Source: Microthyrium microscopicum (Eukaryota). From it: DNA of 64,000 bases. Positions 1 to 13,499 of the stretch are shown piece after piece. The stretch's first letter is position 1. Each line of letters opens with the position of its first letter. Under the pieces are notes generated by a model, which saw nothing but the letters and a program-made list of their open reading frames with translations, searched no databases and had not been told where the DNA came from. Made by a program: the position numbers and the translations under genes. Where the stretch lies: NCBI GenBank assembly GCA_010405405.1, contig MU004230.1, positions 3,134,627-3,198,626 on the forward strand. Direction: 5' to 3'.

Positions 1-1087
1 TAACCTCCAATGATGATGTTGCTTTGAGCTTGCCACCGCCGAATACTCACACCACGGGGTTGTTTTTTGACATTTTATGCAGTGCTAGCTCATTGAGTGG
101 CCGCTATTTTGGAGATTGGCGAGATAGATTTCAGGGCGCTCCCCCACGAGGCCCACGAGGCCTCGCGCTTGTGTCGTGCCTTTCGTAGTATGCGGTGAGC
201 AACTATACCTCAGTGGTCTGTAGTGTGCGCCCCATTATCTCTGACCGCGTAATGATGCCATTATCGTGAGTTCTATGGTGATGTTGTAGCTAATCTCCTG
301 AGCATCTATGTCTATAAGAACTACTGCGGACTGCGCCATTGTTCTGTTCTTTCTGATACTCAACAACACTACCTACTACATCCCTTCTCCACCCTATCAA
401 TTAGTCTGCCTCCACTTCTCATTGAACACGTTTCTTCTAATACTCTACAAAACAATATGGACGCTCCTGCTGATACTTGGACTTGTTGCGAATGCGGCGG
501 GACAAACCTTCAGGAAAATGCCCCAGCCCAATGCCCAGTATGCAACCATGCGAGAAATGGTTGCTGTTAAAGGAACAGTCACATTGCTACTGGTCGTAAA
601 CTAGTCGGGCCAAGCTATTGATTAACACCAATTTGCTTCTTTTTCTCCTATGGCGTTTCGGCGTTCTGTTCTCATTCTTTTGACAGCGACATCTCTAAAC
701 GGACAACAACCCCAATCTTTCGAAACGCAGCTACTGAACGAATATACGGACGGGATAGCAAGGAGTTATGCGTGCATGGAACTGGAGGCGCTCTGATATC
801 AATACTCATACCTCAAGATACCCAATTTACATCTCTTCAGCTCGCGCTGATCCTTAGCGAAAACCAGCATGGAAAGGTGCAATTCGGCGTTTGAAGCGAT
901 GCGATTAAACTTTTTGTTTCTACTTTATCGGAGTCAACTGGTGCTTGGACATGATGGTACACTTATTTGAAATATTTCTTACATTGGGTCTGGTTTTGAT
1001 AAACATAAAATACAAAAAAAGCCTCTTCTTGGGCACCAAAACCCGCTGTCTTCATTTTTTTGTGACATCTCCTACGAAACAACTAGA

Positions 1088-2473
1088 TCAAGTGCCATAT
1101 TGCTCCTCCAACCTCGCTAGCCTACTAGCAAACACATCGCGATCCAAATAAGCTCCTTTAAGCCACCGCTCTCCCTTCGTAGGATCAAACTCCCTCCGCG
1201 CATGCAAAACCCGCCGATTATCAAAAAGTACGCACTCGCCCTCATTCATCCTTAGCTCAAAGACATTTTCTGGCGCACTAATCAGGTCCTCAAACTTCTG
1301 TGAGGCCTCATGGAACTCTCGCAAAGCTTTACCGCCATCTCTTGAGCCAATATCCAGCGCAAAAGGTCCTTGGAAGGGCGGGCTCCAATTTGTGTTCTTA
1401 ATCGGCGAATTCAAGTCATTTTTGTCTTCTAGCTCAACAGTACATCTGATCTGGCGGTACGATTGGCCAGCGTTGTAGTAATGAAAGGTAACGGGAAACC
1501 TGACCAAAGCTTCAAAGAGCTTAGGGTGCGTTTGACGTAGGGTCTCAGCAGCTTTGAAGGAGTCTGCGAACATGGATTCGCCGCCAGGAGCTTTGGCGCG
1601 CATGGAGTGCAGGATTTGATATTGGGGCGTCAAGTCGAGGTAGCAGAGATCTGTGTGTAGGCCCAGAAATTTGTTGGTGTATGCTACGTTGATAGCTTTG
1701 GGCACTGAGCGGACGTCCCAAGTCAGGCCGTAGAAGGTTGAGCGTAGTGGTCCTATGCGAGAAACAACGTCTGTTATTGAGGCGCCGGAGTCTGTGGATG
1801 TGCTGTCAGGCACGTTGCGGAGGAAGACCAGGCCGTGGGATTCGAGCATTTTGAGTGCTTGGTATACTGCCTTGTCTGTGTTTTTATATTCGGCAAAGTC
1901 TATGAAATTGTTGTTGGCTTCCATTGTTTTGCTGTCCCAGAATACGCGGTTTGATGGTTTGAAGTGGCTGATATGTGTTCTTTTATCTCCAGCGGCCAGC
2001 CTTTGTAAAGTATCAATGGGTATGGTTGTGACATGCTCCGAGCTCCATCCTTGAGCATCACGGTTCCAGTGTACGATTGCTGACTCCTGGCCATTGGTGG
2101 TAGAAATGCCACGAAATGAGCCCTCGATATCTGATGGGATATCGCTTGTTGCAAAGTTTTTGTTAGTGCTCGAGACGTCCACGCACTCTGGACATACACA
2201 TGCATCTCTCAGAAAGATGCTGTCAAACTCTACTGCTTCTCCATCTATTGGTATTTTTATCGTTGAGGAGTAGTTTATTGGCTGTGTGGTTTGGGAGTAC
2301 AATGGACCAGCATGTTGGACCCTCGGTGCAGTAGATTCCGCAGTAGCCGCAGATTGCCTTTGGGAAGCATGGCTAAATGAGCGACTCGCTGGATTTCTAA
2401 GATGAGAGACTGCAATACGGCCTATGGACTTCACTGTGGCCTGTGAACGGATCGTAAGCCGTAAGGTTGCCAT
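1088..2473 (-). CDS. Mitochondrial Fe(II)/2-oxoglutarate dioxygenase, TauD / gamma-butyrobetaine dioxygenase family (AIM17/BBOX-like)
   Basis: 461-aa intronless ORF. It has an Arg/Ser-rich presequence-like N-terminus, the BBOX-type N-terminal motif FLRDACVCPEC, the HTD iron-binding motif (LGLHTDLCY) and DNRRVLHAR...RWLKGAY at the C-terminus. Confidence 0.9.
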   Translation of the reverse strand: MATLRLTIRSQATVKSIGRIAVSHLRNPASRSFSHASQRQSAATAESTAPRVQHAGPLYSQTTQPINYSSTIKIPIDGEAVEFDSIFLRDACVCPECVDVSSTNKNFATSDIPSDIEGSFRGISTTNGQESAIVHWNRDAQGWSSEHVTTIPIDTLQRLAAGDKRTHISHFKPSNRVFWDSKTMEANNNFIDFAEYKNTDKAVYQALKMLESHGLVFLRNVPDSTSTDSGASITDVVSRIGPLRSTFYGLTWDVRSVPKAINVAYTNKFLGLHTDLCYLDLTPQYQILHSMRAKAPGGESMFADSFKAAETLRQTHPKLFEALVRFPVTFHYYNAGQSYRQIRCTVELEDKNDLNSPIKNTNWSPPFQGPFALDIGSRDGGKALREFHEASQKFEDLISAPENVFELRMNEGECVLFDNRRVLHARREFDPTKGERWLKGAYLDRDVFASRLARLEEQYGT

Positions 2474-3166
2474 GGTGGAAGTTGTGATAAATCCAGGAAA
2501 ACCTAGGTGCGATACAACGCTAAATGGGGATCTTCTTCTGTTACCTTCAAGTCTGTGAGCCTAATACGATGCTAAGAAAAGAATTAGATGTCGGATAGCA
2601 CACGCCGAAACACGGCCGAGTCGTCCATGGTATCGTTACGACGAATAGAGTGCATTAGCCGAATGTTCCCGAGCCTCGATCTTCCTCTGCTCCGAATCGA
2701 TATGTATGGTTGACCTATATAATGATACTGAATGCTGATGACGTTGAACTGTTTCCTTCGACATATCAAGTGATTAGCAGCTGATACTGTCGTCTACCGG
2801 CCTGATGGCTGGCACCTAGCTTCGAAGTTTGTGCCGAGGTCCGATTTTTCAGCCTTATGCCCAACTTCACACCATCAGGTTATCATACAATAACAAGATA
2901 GAATAAACATTGCCATTCTTCGAATCATACAATCTAGAGTCTGTCATTGTTGCCATTCCAAGCCGCTCTTTATTTCTACAAAACAAAGTGAAAGCAGAAC
3001 AAAAAGCAATTGCAATTAATGAAAGACTATAATACCGCATTCTAACTCTCGACCCCGACCCTCGTTATTACTTTGTTCTGTCTGTATCATCGCAATCACT
3101 GCCCAAGAACACTCGTACTCTCTCAAACCCGCAAAAACAAAACACCCCGCCCGGCCCCATGGCCCC

Positions 3167-6079
3167 TTACTGAGGACCTCCAGGTCCTCCTTCAGTGGGA
3201 GGCTCCTCCTCCCCACCGAACCGCAGGCCTGAAAACAGGCCTGGAAGGGCGGCATATGGTCCGCCGCTGTTGCCAGCAGCAGCAGGACCCACGGTGCCAG
3301 CCGCCGTGTTGGCCTCATAATGAGGCCGGGAGATAGTGACTGCCGCCACCGGCAGTTGGCTTCGCGGCACAAAGGACGAAGCCGACGGTCCCATATGACC
3401 ATGTTGGTTGGGTGCCCACCCCTCAAAACCGGGCTGCGCCGGAGCGCCACCACCAAAACCGCCATACTCGCCGCCGCCGCCGCCGTAGAAAGGGGCATAG
3501 CTCCCGCCTGGTTGGAACATCCAGGCTGGTGCGGCAGGCGCCATCTGCATGCCTGCGGTTAGGCCTGCGATGTATGCCTGGCTGAATTCCCCACCGTGGG
3601 AGTGGCGGGGAGCGGTACGCGCTTCCTGTTCGGCCACGCGGTTCTCGTAGACTGAGGTTGGCGTGGGAAGCGTGTTTGGGTTGACTGGAGATAGCCAGAT
3701 TCGGGTCTTCCAGACTTTGAAGAGGTCAGGTAGGATCTCGTTGAAGTTGATATAATCAGTGCTGTAGAAGTAGAACGTGAGCTTTCTATAGTCACTATAT
3801 AAAATTAGTAAATTGAGTAAATCTCAGATAGTATTAGTGACTTACAGTTGAAATTCGGCATCGAGGATCTCCATTTGAATGTTGTTTTCGTCGACTTTCT
3901 GCTGGCCGACTCGTTTGGCGCGGGCTTCGTTGCCCTCTTTCTCTCTCAAAAGCACAATTTCGCGTTCAGTCGCAATTCGTTTGATTAGGCGAGGTGAGAT
4001 ACCGCCCTTCTTCATGTTCTTGGACTGGTCTCCGAGGTTATAGCCAGAGTATGTCTCGTATTTGGGGTCTAGAGTGACATCTCTAATGGCATTGGGGAAT
4101 TTGCGAGCGAAACGAATCAGGGTGTCATAGTGCTTCTTGTTGTACTTCTCTTTCAGGTCTTGTGCCTGATCTGATGGGATTTTGGCATGGGCGACCATGC
4201 CAAGGTCTTCGCCGCGGTCACCTTCGACGATGACCATGTCACCGACGCCAGGTTCCGGGCCGAAGCCTTCTGGAATGAAATAGACCTCTGCGCGAGAGGC
4301 CTTGAAGGTGACGAGATAGTGCCACTGGCGACTACGTTGGTTGCGGAATAGGGGCATGGAGGGGAGGTTGGTGTCGATGAATTCTGGATTGGTAGGACCG
4401 CCCACGTAGTGGACTGCAAAGTCCCAAGAATTGTATAAGTCATCGGTTGTGACTTGGGGGAGGGCTTTCCACAGAGGAAATTGGTTCACCATAGGGTGCC
4501 AACGTTCAATGCGGAGGTTGGCAATGAGATGGTACTTACCGTCTGGTGGCAATCTTCCAGACGGCGTGGTTCCTGGGCGTCCATAGGGTCCTTGGTTGAC
4601 TTGACTTGGTTGGCCTTGGTTGGTTGGGTTTCCTGGTCGAGCCTGCTGATGGGCGAGCATGTTGACTGTTCCGGGTCCAATTAGGGGAACTCCGCGGCCC
4701 ATATCGCGAAGGTTAGAACGCAAATATGCGTCAAATGAGATACTGTCTTGGCCAGGCGGGAAGTGAGGTAGGTCGCGCTGGTCTCTGGCCATATGGCCGT
4801 TGCGGGAGTTGCCAGATCCATATCCGGCCGGGTGGGCAGCCCGGTTGTCAGCCAGCTCCGCTCTGGCCTCACGCAGGGATTCGGTAACAACGACTGTGTG
4901 AGAGTCGTTGTGTGCCTCCTCCACTGCGTAAATGTCTTGAGACGGAGCTTGGCTGTCCGTCTGAGCTGGGGACACTGGGAGGAATGATGGGGTGAACGGG
5001 GCAGCTTCCACCGCTCGAGAGAGCTGGGACGATGGTCCCGGCCGTCGTTGCTGCTGAGGACGAGCGGCGATCACCTCACCATCCGAATCCTCATCATCGT
5101 CGTCGTCAATTGGCGCTTGCTGGGCAGGGCGTGCGCGTTGCTGCTGAAATTGGGTTTGGTAGTAGTCTCCCAAGAAGACTCCACCGCCAGGCGCTCCACC
5201 GGAACGGACAGTCTCCTCTACCTCCTGGACGGAGGAGAGAGGGTCGTACTCGGGCTCAGAGTCCATAGTTGCCTTTGACTTACGGCGGAGAAGTGATGGT
5301 GGGTATGGGCGCTTAGCTGAGAGACGTGAGTAAACAGGTGAGGCTGAGTCTGGTGATTGGTGAAAGCTTGATTGTCCCGCTGAATAGCTTTGAGATCGCA
5401 CGGTCTTACGACTTGGCTCTAGAGGGATATCAAATGGTATTGAAGCAGAGAACTGGCTGTGTATGTCTTGTGTTGTTGAGCTTGTAGGTGAAGTGAGGTC
5501 GTCAACAGCAAGATAAGAGTTTGAGGTTGAAGAAGAGGTTGAAAGGAAATCACTACTCCATCGTGGGGCCTCTCTCTTTGGCCAGAGTTGAGCCGTGTGA
5601 CCCCAGGCGGCTGAAGGTTTCGCCGGGGCCGTCTCCCAATGCGACAACGACGGCGTAGGGAGGTGGCCCTGGCTGCCTATCGTGGACGCTCGGGCTACAG
5701 GCTGGGCTGGGAATCCTGTGTTATCCGCTCCAGACGCTCCAGACGCTACATAACCGCTCTCTGCAGACGGAGTTGGCGGTTGAGAACCACTGGTAGATGC
5801 CAGTGAAAGGCCTCCGAGCGAATACTTGCGCTGTGCTGTTCGCACTTCGCTGAGCCATGAGGCTCTACGCACTGGACGCTGCTGCGGCATGCTTTTGACT
5901 GAGTGCAGAGACATGGACATCGCCGGATTGGGGTCATGAGAATCATCATCAGACGAGAGCAGAGCCTCTGAATCGGGCGTAGAGCGTCGAGCTATTCCCA
6001 GCTTTTTGTTATCCAGAACCTGTGGCATCCTATGGAAGCCCTGCCCATTGTAGGCTGTCGGTGTCGCTGCCGTGGACAT
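3167..6079 (-). CDS. PSP1 C-terminal domain protein
   Basis: Exon 6079-3846, intron 3845-3795 (GTAAGT...TAG), exon 3794-3167. Splicing yields GDMVIVEGDRGEDLG...MEILDAEFQL|DYRKLTFYFYSTDYINFNEILPDLFKVWKTRIWLSPVNP, the fungal PSP1 domain. The long N-terminus is low complexity. Confidence 0.9.
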
Positions 6080-9000
6080 GATGGCAGTGTATATTACGGG
6101 CGTTCTATATAAGAAAAGATCTATCAGTATACAGCGCGAGATAGATAGCTTCTAAAAGACAATTCATAACAATTCAAGCAAGTCAAACCCAGAATAGGGG
6201 TCGTTGTGACTAAGAGATGTGCCTCAACAGACATGACCCAATGGAAGATACAGAAACAGACTCAAAATGCTAGGAAACCATCGTAAATAGCTCAGAGACA
6301 AAGTAAAAGTATATCGCAAGAGGCTCGATGTCTTGCAGCAATGAAAGTGTGAAAAAGGGAGCAGTCTGATGAAGCAGTAGCGGCATGATGAAGGAACATC
6401 ATCAACAACCAAAGGAAGAGCTTCAACGCAACGTCTGGCTTCATTGTTTGTGCAACTTGCTCGGGCATGAAGAGAAATACTGGGCTATAGTAGCGAGCTA
6501 TGGAGAAGCAGCTCAGCTTGGAGGTTAAGTGGACAATGCTTGGCGGCGCTGATGAAGCCGCATTTGGTGAGCCACGATGTTGGTTCGGCAAAAAGCTCTG
6601 GTGTTGGCTGGCCACTCACTGGAGGGAACATCCTACTCCTTACAACCGCGCCTAATGTCTACTCAAGCCAGATTTCCTTGCATTGAGCAAAAAAGATAAT
6701 GAAAGCATGTTTTGCTAGTATGTAACGATTCGACAACAGGAACGCGGCGACTTACCGAAAGAACCCTCTCAAATCCGTGTCGAAGCCGGACAACAAACAC
6801 TCAGCTCACGAGCCGAAACACTATCCTATTGCTTCATCAGTCATTGCCTTTCTCATCGAACACTTCCAGAGGACAATCAGACACCACCAAGCACGATTGC
6901 ATAGCCACAAGTTTGCATACATCCTCCTCATTAGCCCCACCCTACAAACGACGAAGAAAACATCATTCGAGGAGCAGAGGATAAGGAGAATGGTAGCCAA
7001 GCCAGTGAAGAACTCCCGATCATCGACAAGTAATAGAAAGAGGATAAAATGAAACTATCGCGTACCTAGAACCTTTGAAACACAGCTTGGTGTCCAAAAA
7101 AGAGCAGCCAGTCCACAAGAAAGAGCCAGAATCCAGATGAAGCCAAATCAAGTCAAGTCAAGCCAAGTCGCCGCAAAGGAAACGTCCGGAACCTACGCAC
7201 TATAATCTCTTGACGCTCGTGGACGAGCGCAAGATGGAAGATTGAAAGTCAAAAGCAAGATAACGCACCGTGATACTACCTAAGCTGCAGCCTTGAAAGG
7301 TTTGCGAGCAAAATAATTCGTCAATTCTTCTGGTCCTAGAAGCGCTGTGTCGTCGTAAGTCTGAGATGTAAAAGATTACTAACAGAGCGTTAGTCAGAAG
7401 CCTCCACGAACTCGAGACCCGAAGCGACAAGTCCCTCCTTGATACACCACGGTAGCGAGCGTCGAATCCCTTGACAAGCCTTCCACGGACCAGGAATCCA
7501 GTAGCATCATGTTGACGAAATCAAATGCGATCATCCATTGGCGATCCACCGCGTCAAAGAAGCCAGAAATCCTACGAGGCCCATGATCCAGTCCAAAGAA
7601 AAAAGATTGCACAGCGCACGCGTTTCGATAGAGTAGACCGCAACAGGAACAGCAGACGAAGCACAATGGCAATACTGGCTTGGCTGGAAGCTGAAATGGG
7701 CACCAAAACGGTTTGAAGTTCTAAAGAAAACGTGGCTCCGTGCCATCGCGGAACATTGGCAAGAACCCAGGTCCATACAGTCAATGGCAAGCCAGCCTCG
7801 TTGCGGGCACATGTATCAAGCCGAGGATTTTGCTGTTCAGGGGCAGGTGCATTCCATCATCCGGTGCAAGCGCGGGCAAGACAGAGGTGCACTTTCGAAA
7901 CACCTTCAATAAACGAAATAGCCGTGTTTGTCGCAGAGACGCTGTGCAAATTCGATTTGGCGTTCCCGGATTTCCCAAAATGCAGCTCTTCCTCCCTATG
8001 AACGTTGCACTTCTTACTCCTAGGTTGAGCTTTCTTCGGAGCTTCCAAGATACCGTGTGGTTGGCCACGACACAAGAACAAAGAAGCATATCGCGATTGC
8101 ATTCGAATCCAGAGCATGGGACTCCTTTCCAAAAAGAACGATCCAGAGAGCAAATTCCACAATGTTCGCAATCCGGGGCCTGGAAGGCAGACCCACTGGC
8201 AAGACACAAAAAGAGATCGCGACTTACCTGTATAAAGTCGTTGAATGCGTGGAAACGTATTCTCAAGGTCTGTCGTATCGTTCCTTTTGAAAAACTAGGT
8301 CTATATTTATGGGTCTGGAACTGGAGTGAAATGGTCAGCATACAAGTAACCGAAATGCTGAAAGAAACATCGTTGGTTGTATGCTAAGACAGTCTCCAAA
8401 GCATATCAGGAACACGCGAAAGAGTTCCGATTGCTGCCATCTCGACGAAGAAAGCTGTTCCTTCCTCGCATCAGAGCTACTTCGCAGGACAGTATGACTG
8501 ACGCAGCAAGCCATGGAACCGAAAACCACGAAGGCACTTTCAATACTCATGCATCGAAAATTCCGCGATTCAACTGAGTGCTGCCAACAAATATGCTGAG
8601 CAATTGTTCCTTCACACCTTACGGCCGGAACCTAGGAGATACACACAACGACATCTCTTTGAAACGGGCAATACAATCAGGCATGATCGTTGTTCAGATC
8701 ACAATGGTTTGTGGCGTGCCAAGACACAGGAAAGTCCAGTGAATAGTTTCAAAGTTCATTGAAGAAGCTTGCTCCGTCATTGAAGCCAGTTGCAAAATCA
8801 ATTCGTCCAACTTTGGTTCTGACGGAAGGTCGGCACCACAGGTCCCACAAACAGAGGGGGAAAGAAAACTCCGCTTACATGGACAGCTCTATAGCAATGG
8901 ATGTTGCACCAGTGAAAAGTCTAGTGCATCAAAGTCGAACTTTGTTCTTGTCAGCAGGAAGTTCAAATTGATGCAGAAGGCTTCAAACTCACAAAGCAAT

Positions 9001-12000
9001 ATGCGCCAGGAGCCAGTCCAAGTCTATCCCTAGTCTGAAGAACGAAAGCAAAGAAGGATACGAGAAACAGAAGTATTAAACGATGCTCATGAGTAATGAG
9101 TCGCTCTCAGACTTGGAGTGCGATACTAGAGGTTGAGGAGCAAAAGATTTCCGGGAAGGATTCAAAAGTCGATAGACCCCCGGTCCCAATGTCTAAGATG
9201 TTGCTGCAATCCAACGGAGGTTAGCTTTGCTATAGCTACCAAGCATACAGGGGGGATATGGCGAAGAGAACTCGCGCGTTGGAGTTGGAGAGAGACATGA
9301 GAGGAGAAAAGCAGAAGACCGCGACTAAGAGCAGTAGATCAGGTGGAGTCTGACAGTCCAAGAAGATGATGCAGGATGGTTCACGAGACGTGGTGCCTTG
9401 GGAACGTCGTTGAAGTGTGGTTCGACGCTACGCACATGGGTCTCGTGGCAAGCGACAAGCGCCTTGAACTGCCAAACTCTCTCTGGGACGCCTATTATTT
9501 CCAGCCGTGTTGAACTTTGAATTGATAGTCAACTCTGATTGTTGGAGTTGCGCGCAGCCTCATCAAACTCCCAGATCAGGCTGTCTGCTTGTGTTGCATA
9601 TTCACGCTCTTGAAGATGAAATGCGGGATGAAAGGGGGTAGGAATGAACATTGCACTACTTACCGAGCCAGCCGGATTGAATTGCATTGGCAAAAGAAGA
9701 TGTTAGAAAGCACGCTGGGAAAGAAGTTGATGAAGACGACAATAATTGAGAGGTTTAGACATTGCACGCGACAACCAAGAACCTCACAAAAACAACAGCC
9801 CGACCCAGCTTTCAAGATTCCGAAAAAGGTTCGTCGCGAGAAGGGGCAACGCAGCACTTGAGAGCAATTTGACGAGTCCGGGCGTGTGCAGAAACGGCGT
9901 CACAGCAGCGCATGCACACTGGTAGGACCACCAAACCACCAAATCACGTCTGCAGCCGCCAGAAGGCCCAAGCAGTTTGCACAGTTTGCACACACCAAAA
10001 ATCTACCCTTGCGGGGGCGAGAGACGGCTCCAGGTGGAGGGAAAGGCTACAAATGCTGCGATGGCAGCGATGGCACTGACAGGGGCGCCGGATAGAGCTG
10101 TGAAATGCGGAGAAGGGCGTCCGCTATGCCCTGCTGGGCTTGGTTTCTTTGGTCAAAAAGAGAATCTGAGAAAAGAACGGCTGGACGGCGCAATCTGGAT
10201 GGTCCAACTGCCTGTCTCTAAATGAGTCTAAAAGACCCCAGCGCGAACGTCTCCGCGCCTGTCACTGGCTAAAAGTGGCTACTTACTTCCCTATATTCGC
10301 ACAATCCTCGTCAACCGTTCAGACGTTCGTCAGACCCTGGTTGCACACCTTTGCGATCAAGTCCTTAGACGAGCAGATGTTGCAACTTGTGGTTGTTGCT
10401 GGAGAACTGATCGTCAAATGCGCCATTAGCCGTAAACCTTCCATGGAAGATATCGCATCTGGATACTGGATGTGCTGTATGGAATGCCATTCTACCAGTA
10501 TACTTTGTCAAAGCGCCACTTCATTCTTGGAGGTCCGATCGAATGAACGCGACTCAAGCTCCAACCACAATTCGAACCCTGAGCCCATCACAAAATCCAT
10601 GTTACCCTGCCTTCACCGACAAATCGATACTAATTTCTGCACGATCGATAGCACAGGAACCGTTACTCCGTGGTTGGCGACTTCTGAACTGCCATGTAGT
10701 GAACATGTACCATGGCTGTGGACTGCTCGTGCGTACATTTCATCTTCAGATGTCGTACAACGAAATCCTCAGCCAAGCAACAAGACCTTTGTGGGATTCT
10801 ATTACGACGACCATGAGCTAACTCCCTGCAACTGTCCGACTTGGTGAATTTACTGCGACTTGCATTGACAGTGACAAGTGTGGAGAAACAGACTCAACCC
10901 CTCCGGAATCCGTTCATCCATGCTATCAGCCCTGTTCATTACTCAAATTTTCAATGGAGTTGTAATATAGGCCAATATTTCGAGGCTCATACTGACCAAA
11001 CCAATGGAAAGTTTACGTTTGGTAGACCAATGGTACACGACAGCTAAGGCTACCACTAGAATTGGGTTACCCAACTCCACTTTCAGTCCTCGCAACTCCT
11101 CTGCTTTCAACAAGGCCTGGGCAATCTTCATCAAGAGATATTGCGTTGCCGAGGGCCGATCCGAACAAATACGTCAAAAGAACATGGATCATTTTCATCT
11201 CCGCTTCTGCTCTCGTGCATAACATATTTTGCCAAGTTACGCATGTGTTAACAAAACTTTGAAGAACGCGTCGAAATCGCCTTTAGAACTTGAATGAAAT
11301 GTGGTCAATTCATTGGGCACAAATCCTAGCCAGATCCGGCTCAACGGTTGCCGCCAAATGGCGTCAAGTGGGAAATGAAAAGCTGCAAAGCATCTCCAAA
11401 CTAATGATATAGTGAGCGTTAGACAACTTCTTGGATACATGTTGTAGCGGGAGCTTTGCCACTAGTGACGGTCAGGGTCAATTTTGTGCATGAAGATGCA
11501 GCTACCTGGCCGGCATCAGACTGAATGATCGGCTGACCTCGCAGACTGTTCTGTGAGAGGTCAATAACCTTCCGTTTCGAATACCAGTTGGTGGTACAAG
11601 CAAGGGACACGATGATCCAGACTTTCATTGAGCGAACTTAAGGCTGGACTACAGAGTTTGAATCTCAAGTTATCCTGTCATTATATCGGCACGGGTATGA
11701 AGAATCTAGCTGCTTTTCAATGCTCGTACTTCTTTTGCCCAATGATTCAACAGATTCCTTGCAATAATAGCTTAGTGTTTTTAAGTGGTCGCTGCGAGAG
11801 GTTCCTTTAGAAAAGACAAGCGTAAAACTTGTTCTGGAAAAAACACTAGTAGTTCCACGGCTCAGGCATGTCATGCATTTATGTACTATGGGTTTGGTCT
11901 TTGGGGTCGACCTTACTGTGTCAAAGATAGTTCTGCAAGGAATTGAGAGAAAAGGGGTATGTTTACAGGTTCAGGGGCTCCAACCTATGCAACTTCATTA

Positions 12001-12810
12001 TCATCTTGATGACCTCCAAGGACTAAAGACACTTTGATCTTTAATCTTAGATTGTAATTTTTTGAGTTTTTTTGTGCGGAGAACCGAGGAACAGTCTCCC
12101 TTGATTATACCTTTACTTGTTAGCAATAACTGTATAATATATCATTTTATGTTCGACAGTGTTGATGGTCAAGCCATCCTACGGTAAATTTATAACGACC
12201 AGAACATCTAAACATAATTGAGAAAGACAATCCCAGGATTAGAGTATCTTCCATTGTCTGTATTGCATTTGACTCCAAACAATTTAATCTATAGGTCAGT
12301 TTTTCTTGCAGATACATTCAGCCTTTGCCTTGATATCTACACCATCTCATACTGGAGGGTAAACATAACATGACCGCAAGGATGAGTTTGAGTTATCAGC
12401 ATACGATTATTTATATTTTGTTCTTTCTAGGAATGACTAGGCTACAAAGTTTTCAAAAGATTGGATGGCGCCTTTATGTTGCCTTGTCAGGCACAGCTAT
12501 TTCAGATGATTGATTCTTGATTGAGGAGATGATTTTACCAAAGCCGGTGGATGTGATTTGAAAAAAATCGAGTCTTTCCCAGAGCCAAGCTTGCAGTATA
12601 TATACACAAAATACCGAATCGATTTTTAAGATACAAAATAGCGTGCGAGTGAGGCCCTCGTTTGGATCAAATTTGTATGCTTGTTGGATGATACGGAACT
12701 AGCCCAAATGGGCATCGATATTACGACGATTCCGGCCTTTACAAGACGACGATTCAATTCCCTCAGGGAACACTTCGAACGAAACGACCCCCGATCCCCC
12801 GACCGAGAAT

Positions 12811-12888
12811 AAAAGCCACCGGGCTTTTCCTCATGATACAGCCCCTACCCACCGAGGGTAGGGAACTGTATCATGAGTTTTTGCTTTT
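12811..12888. other. Tandem DNA/RNA hairpin pair followed by a T-run
   Basis: AAAAGCC-accg-GGCTTTT (12811-12828), then CTCATGATACAG-c-CCCTACCC-accga-GGGTAGGG-aa-CTGTATCATGAG (12830-12877), then TTTTT. Confidence 0.75.
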
Positions 12889-13499
12889 TGGATCTATGTA
12901 GTGGAGCAAACAGAGGTATTTCATGTGGCGGTACTTTTAGGATTAGGATTGTATCCGATGTATTGACTTTACTGCTTGACTTTTTACGTAGCGACGTTTG
13001 TAACTATCAACACTCTTCGACCTATAACATTTTTTTGGAACAATCTCCAATACTAGAGTAACACAATCAATCTTAACTCAGAAATACGATTTTCATTTCT
13101 ATTTGACAGCATGATGGTCCAGTCACTGCAAAACATTGACAACAAGCTGCTCTTGCCATTTTTGTAGTTGCCAGAACAACCTCAAATTTTGTTGAAAGAG
13201 CGAATCTAATAAAAGCAATGCGTACCCAACGAACGCGACTGCCTTCGCATTTCCGATGACCAGTCAATTGCTTATTGTATGCCTAACAAATTGTATGATG
13301 CCTCTGTGAATGTTTTCTGGTCACCTCCATCCAGATTCACTTGCGCAACACACTCCATTGCTAAAAAAAAATCCTTCTTAGCTTACTCTATTCCAAGACA
13401 CCTCGAATACCAACTTGTGACTAAAGCCACTCCGCTCCACCACAAAACGCTGGTTTCCAAGGTTCACGCAGAGCTCCATCCATCACATCATCAATCATC

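Noticed and set aside
308..1151. Short ORFs at the window start
   Set aside because: No motifs or consistent exon structure could be supported.
7740..8387. Overlapping 215-aa and 186-aa ORFs on opposite strands
   Set aside because: They show no recognisable motifs or coding-like composition, and at least one relies on a non-ATG start. Probably spurious.
9381..9448. tRNA-like GGTTCGAC loop inside a CACGAGAC/GTCTCGTG inverted repeat
   Set aside because: No convincing D-arm, anticodon arm or A-box could be built.
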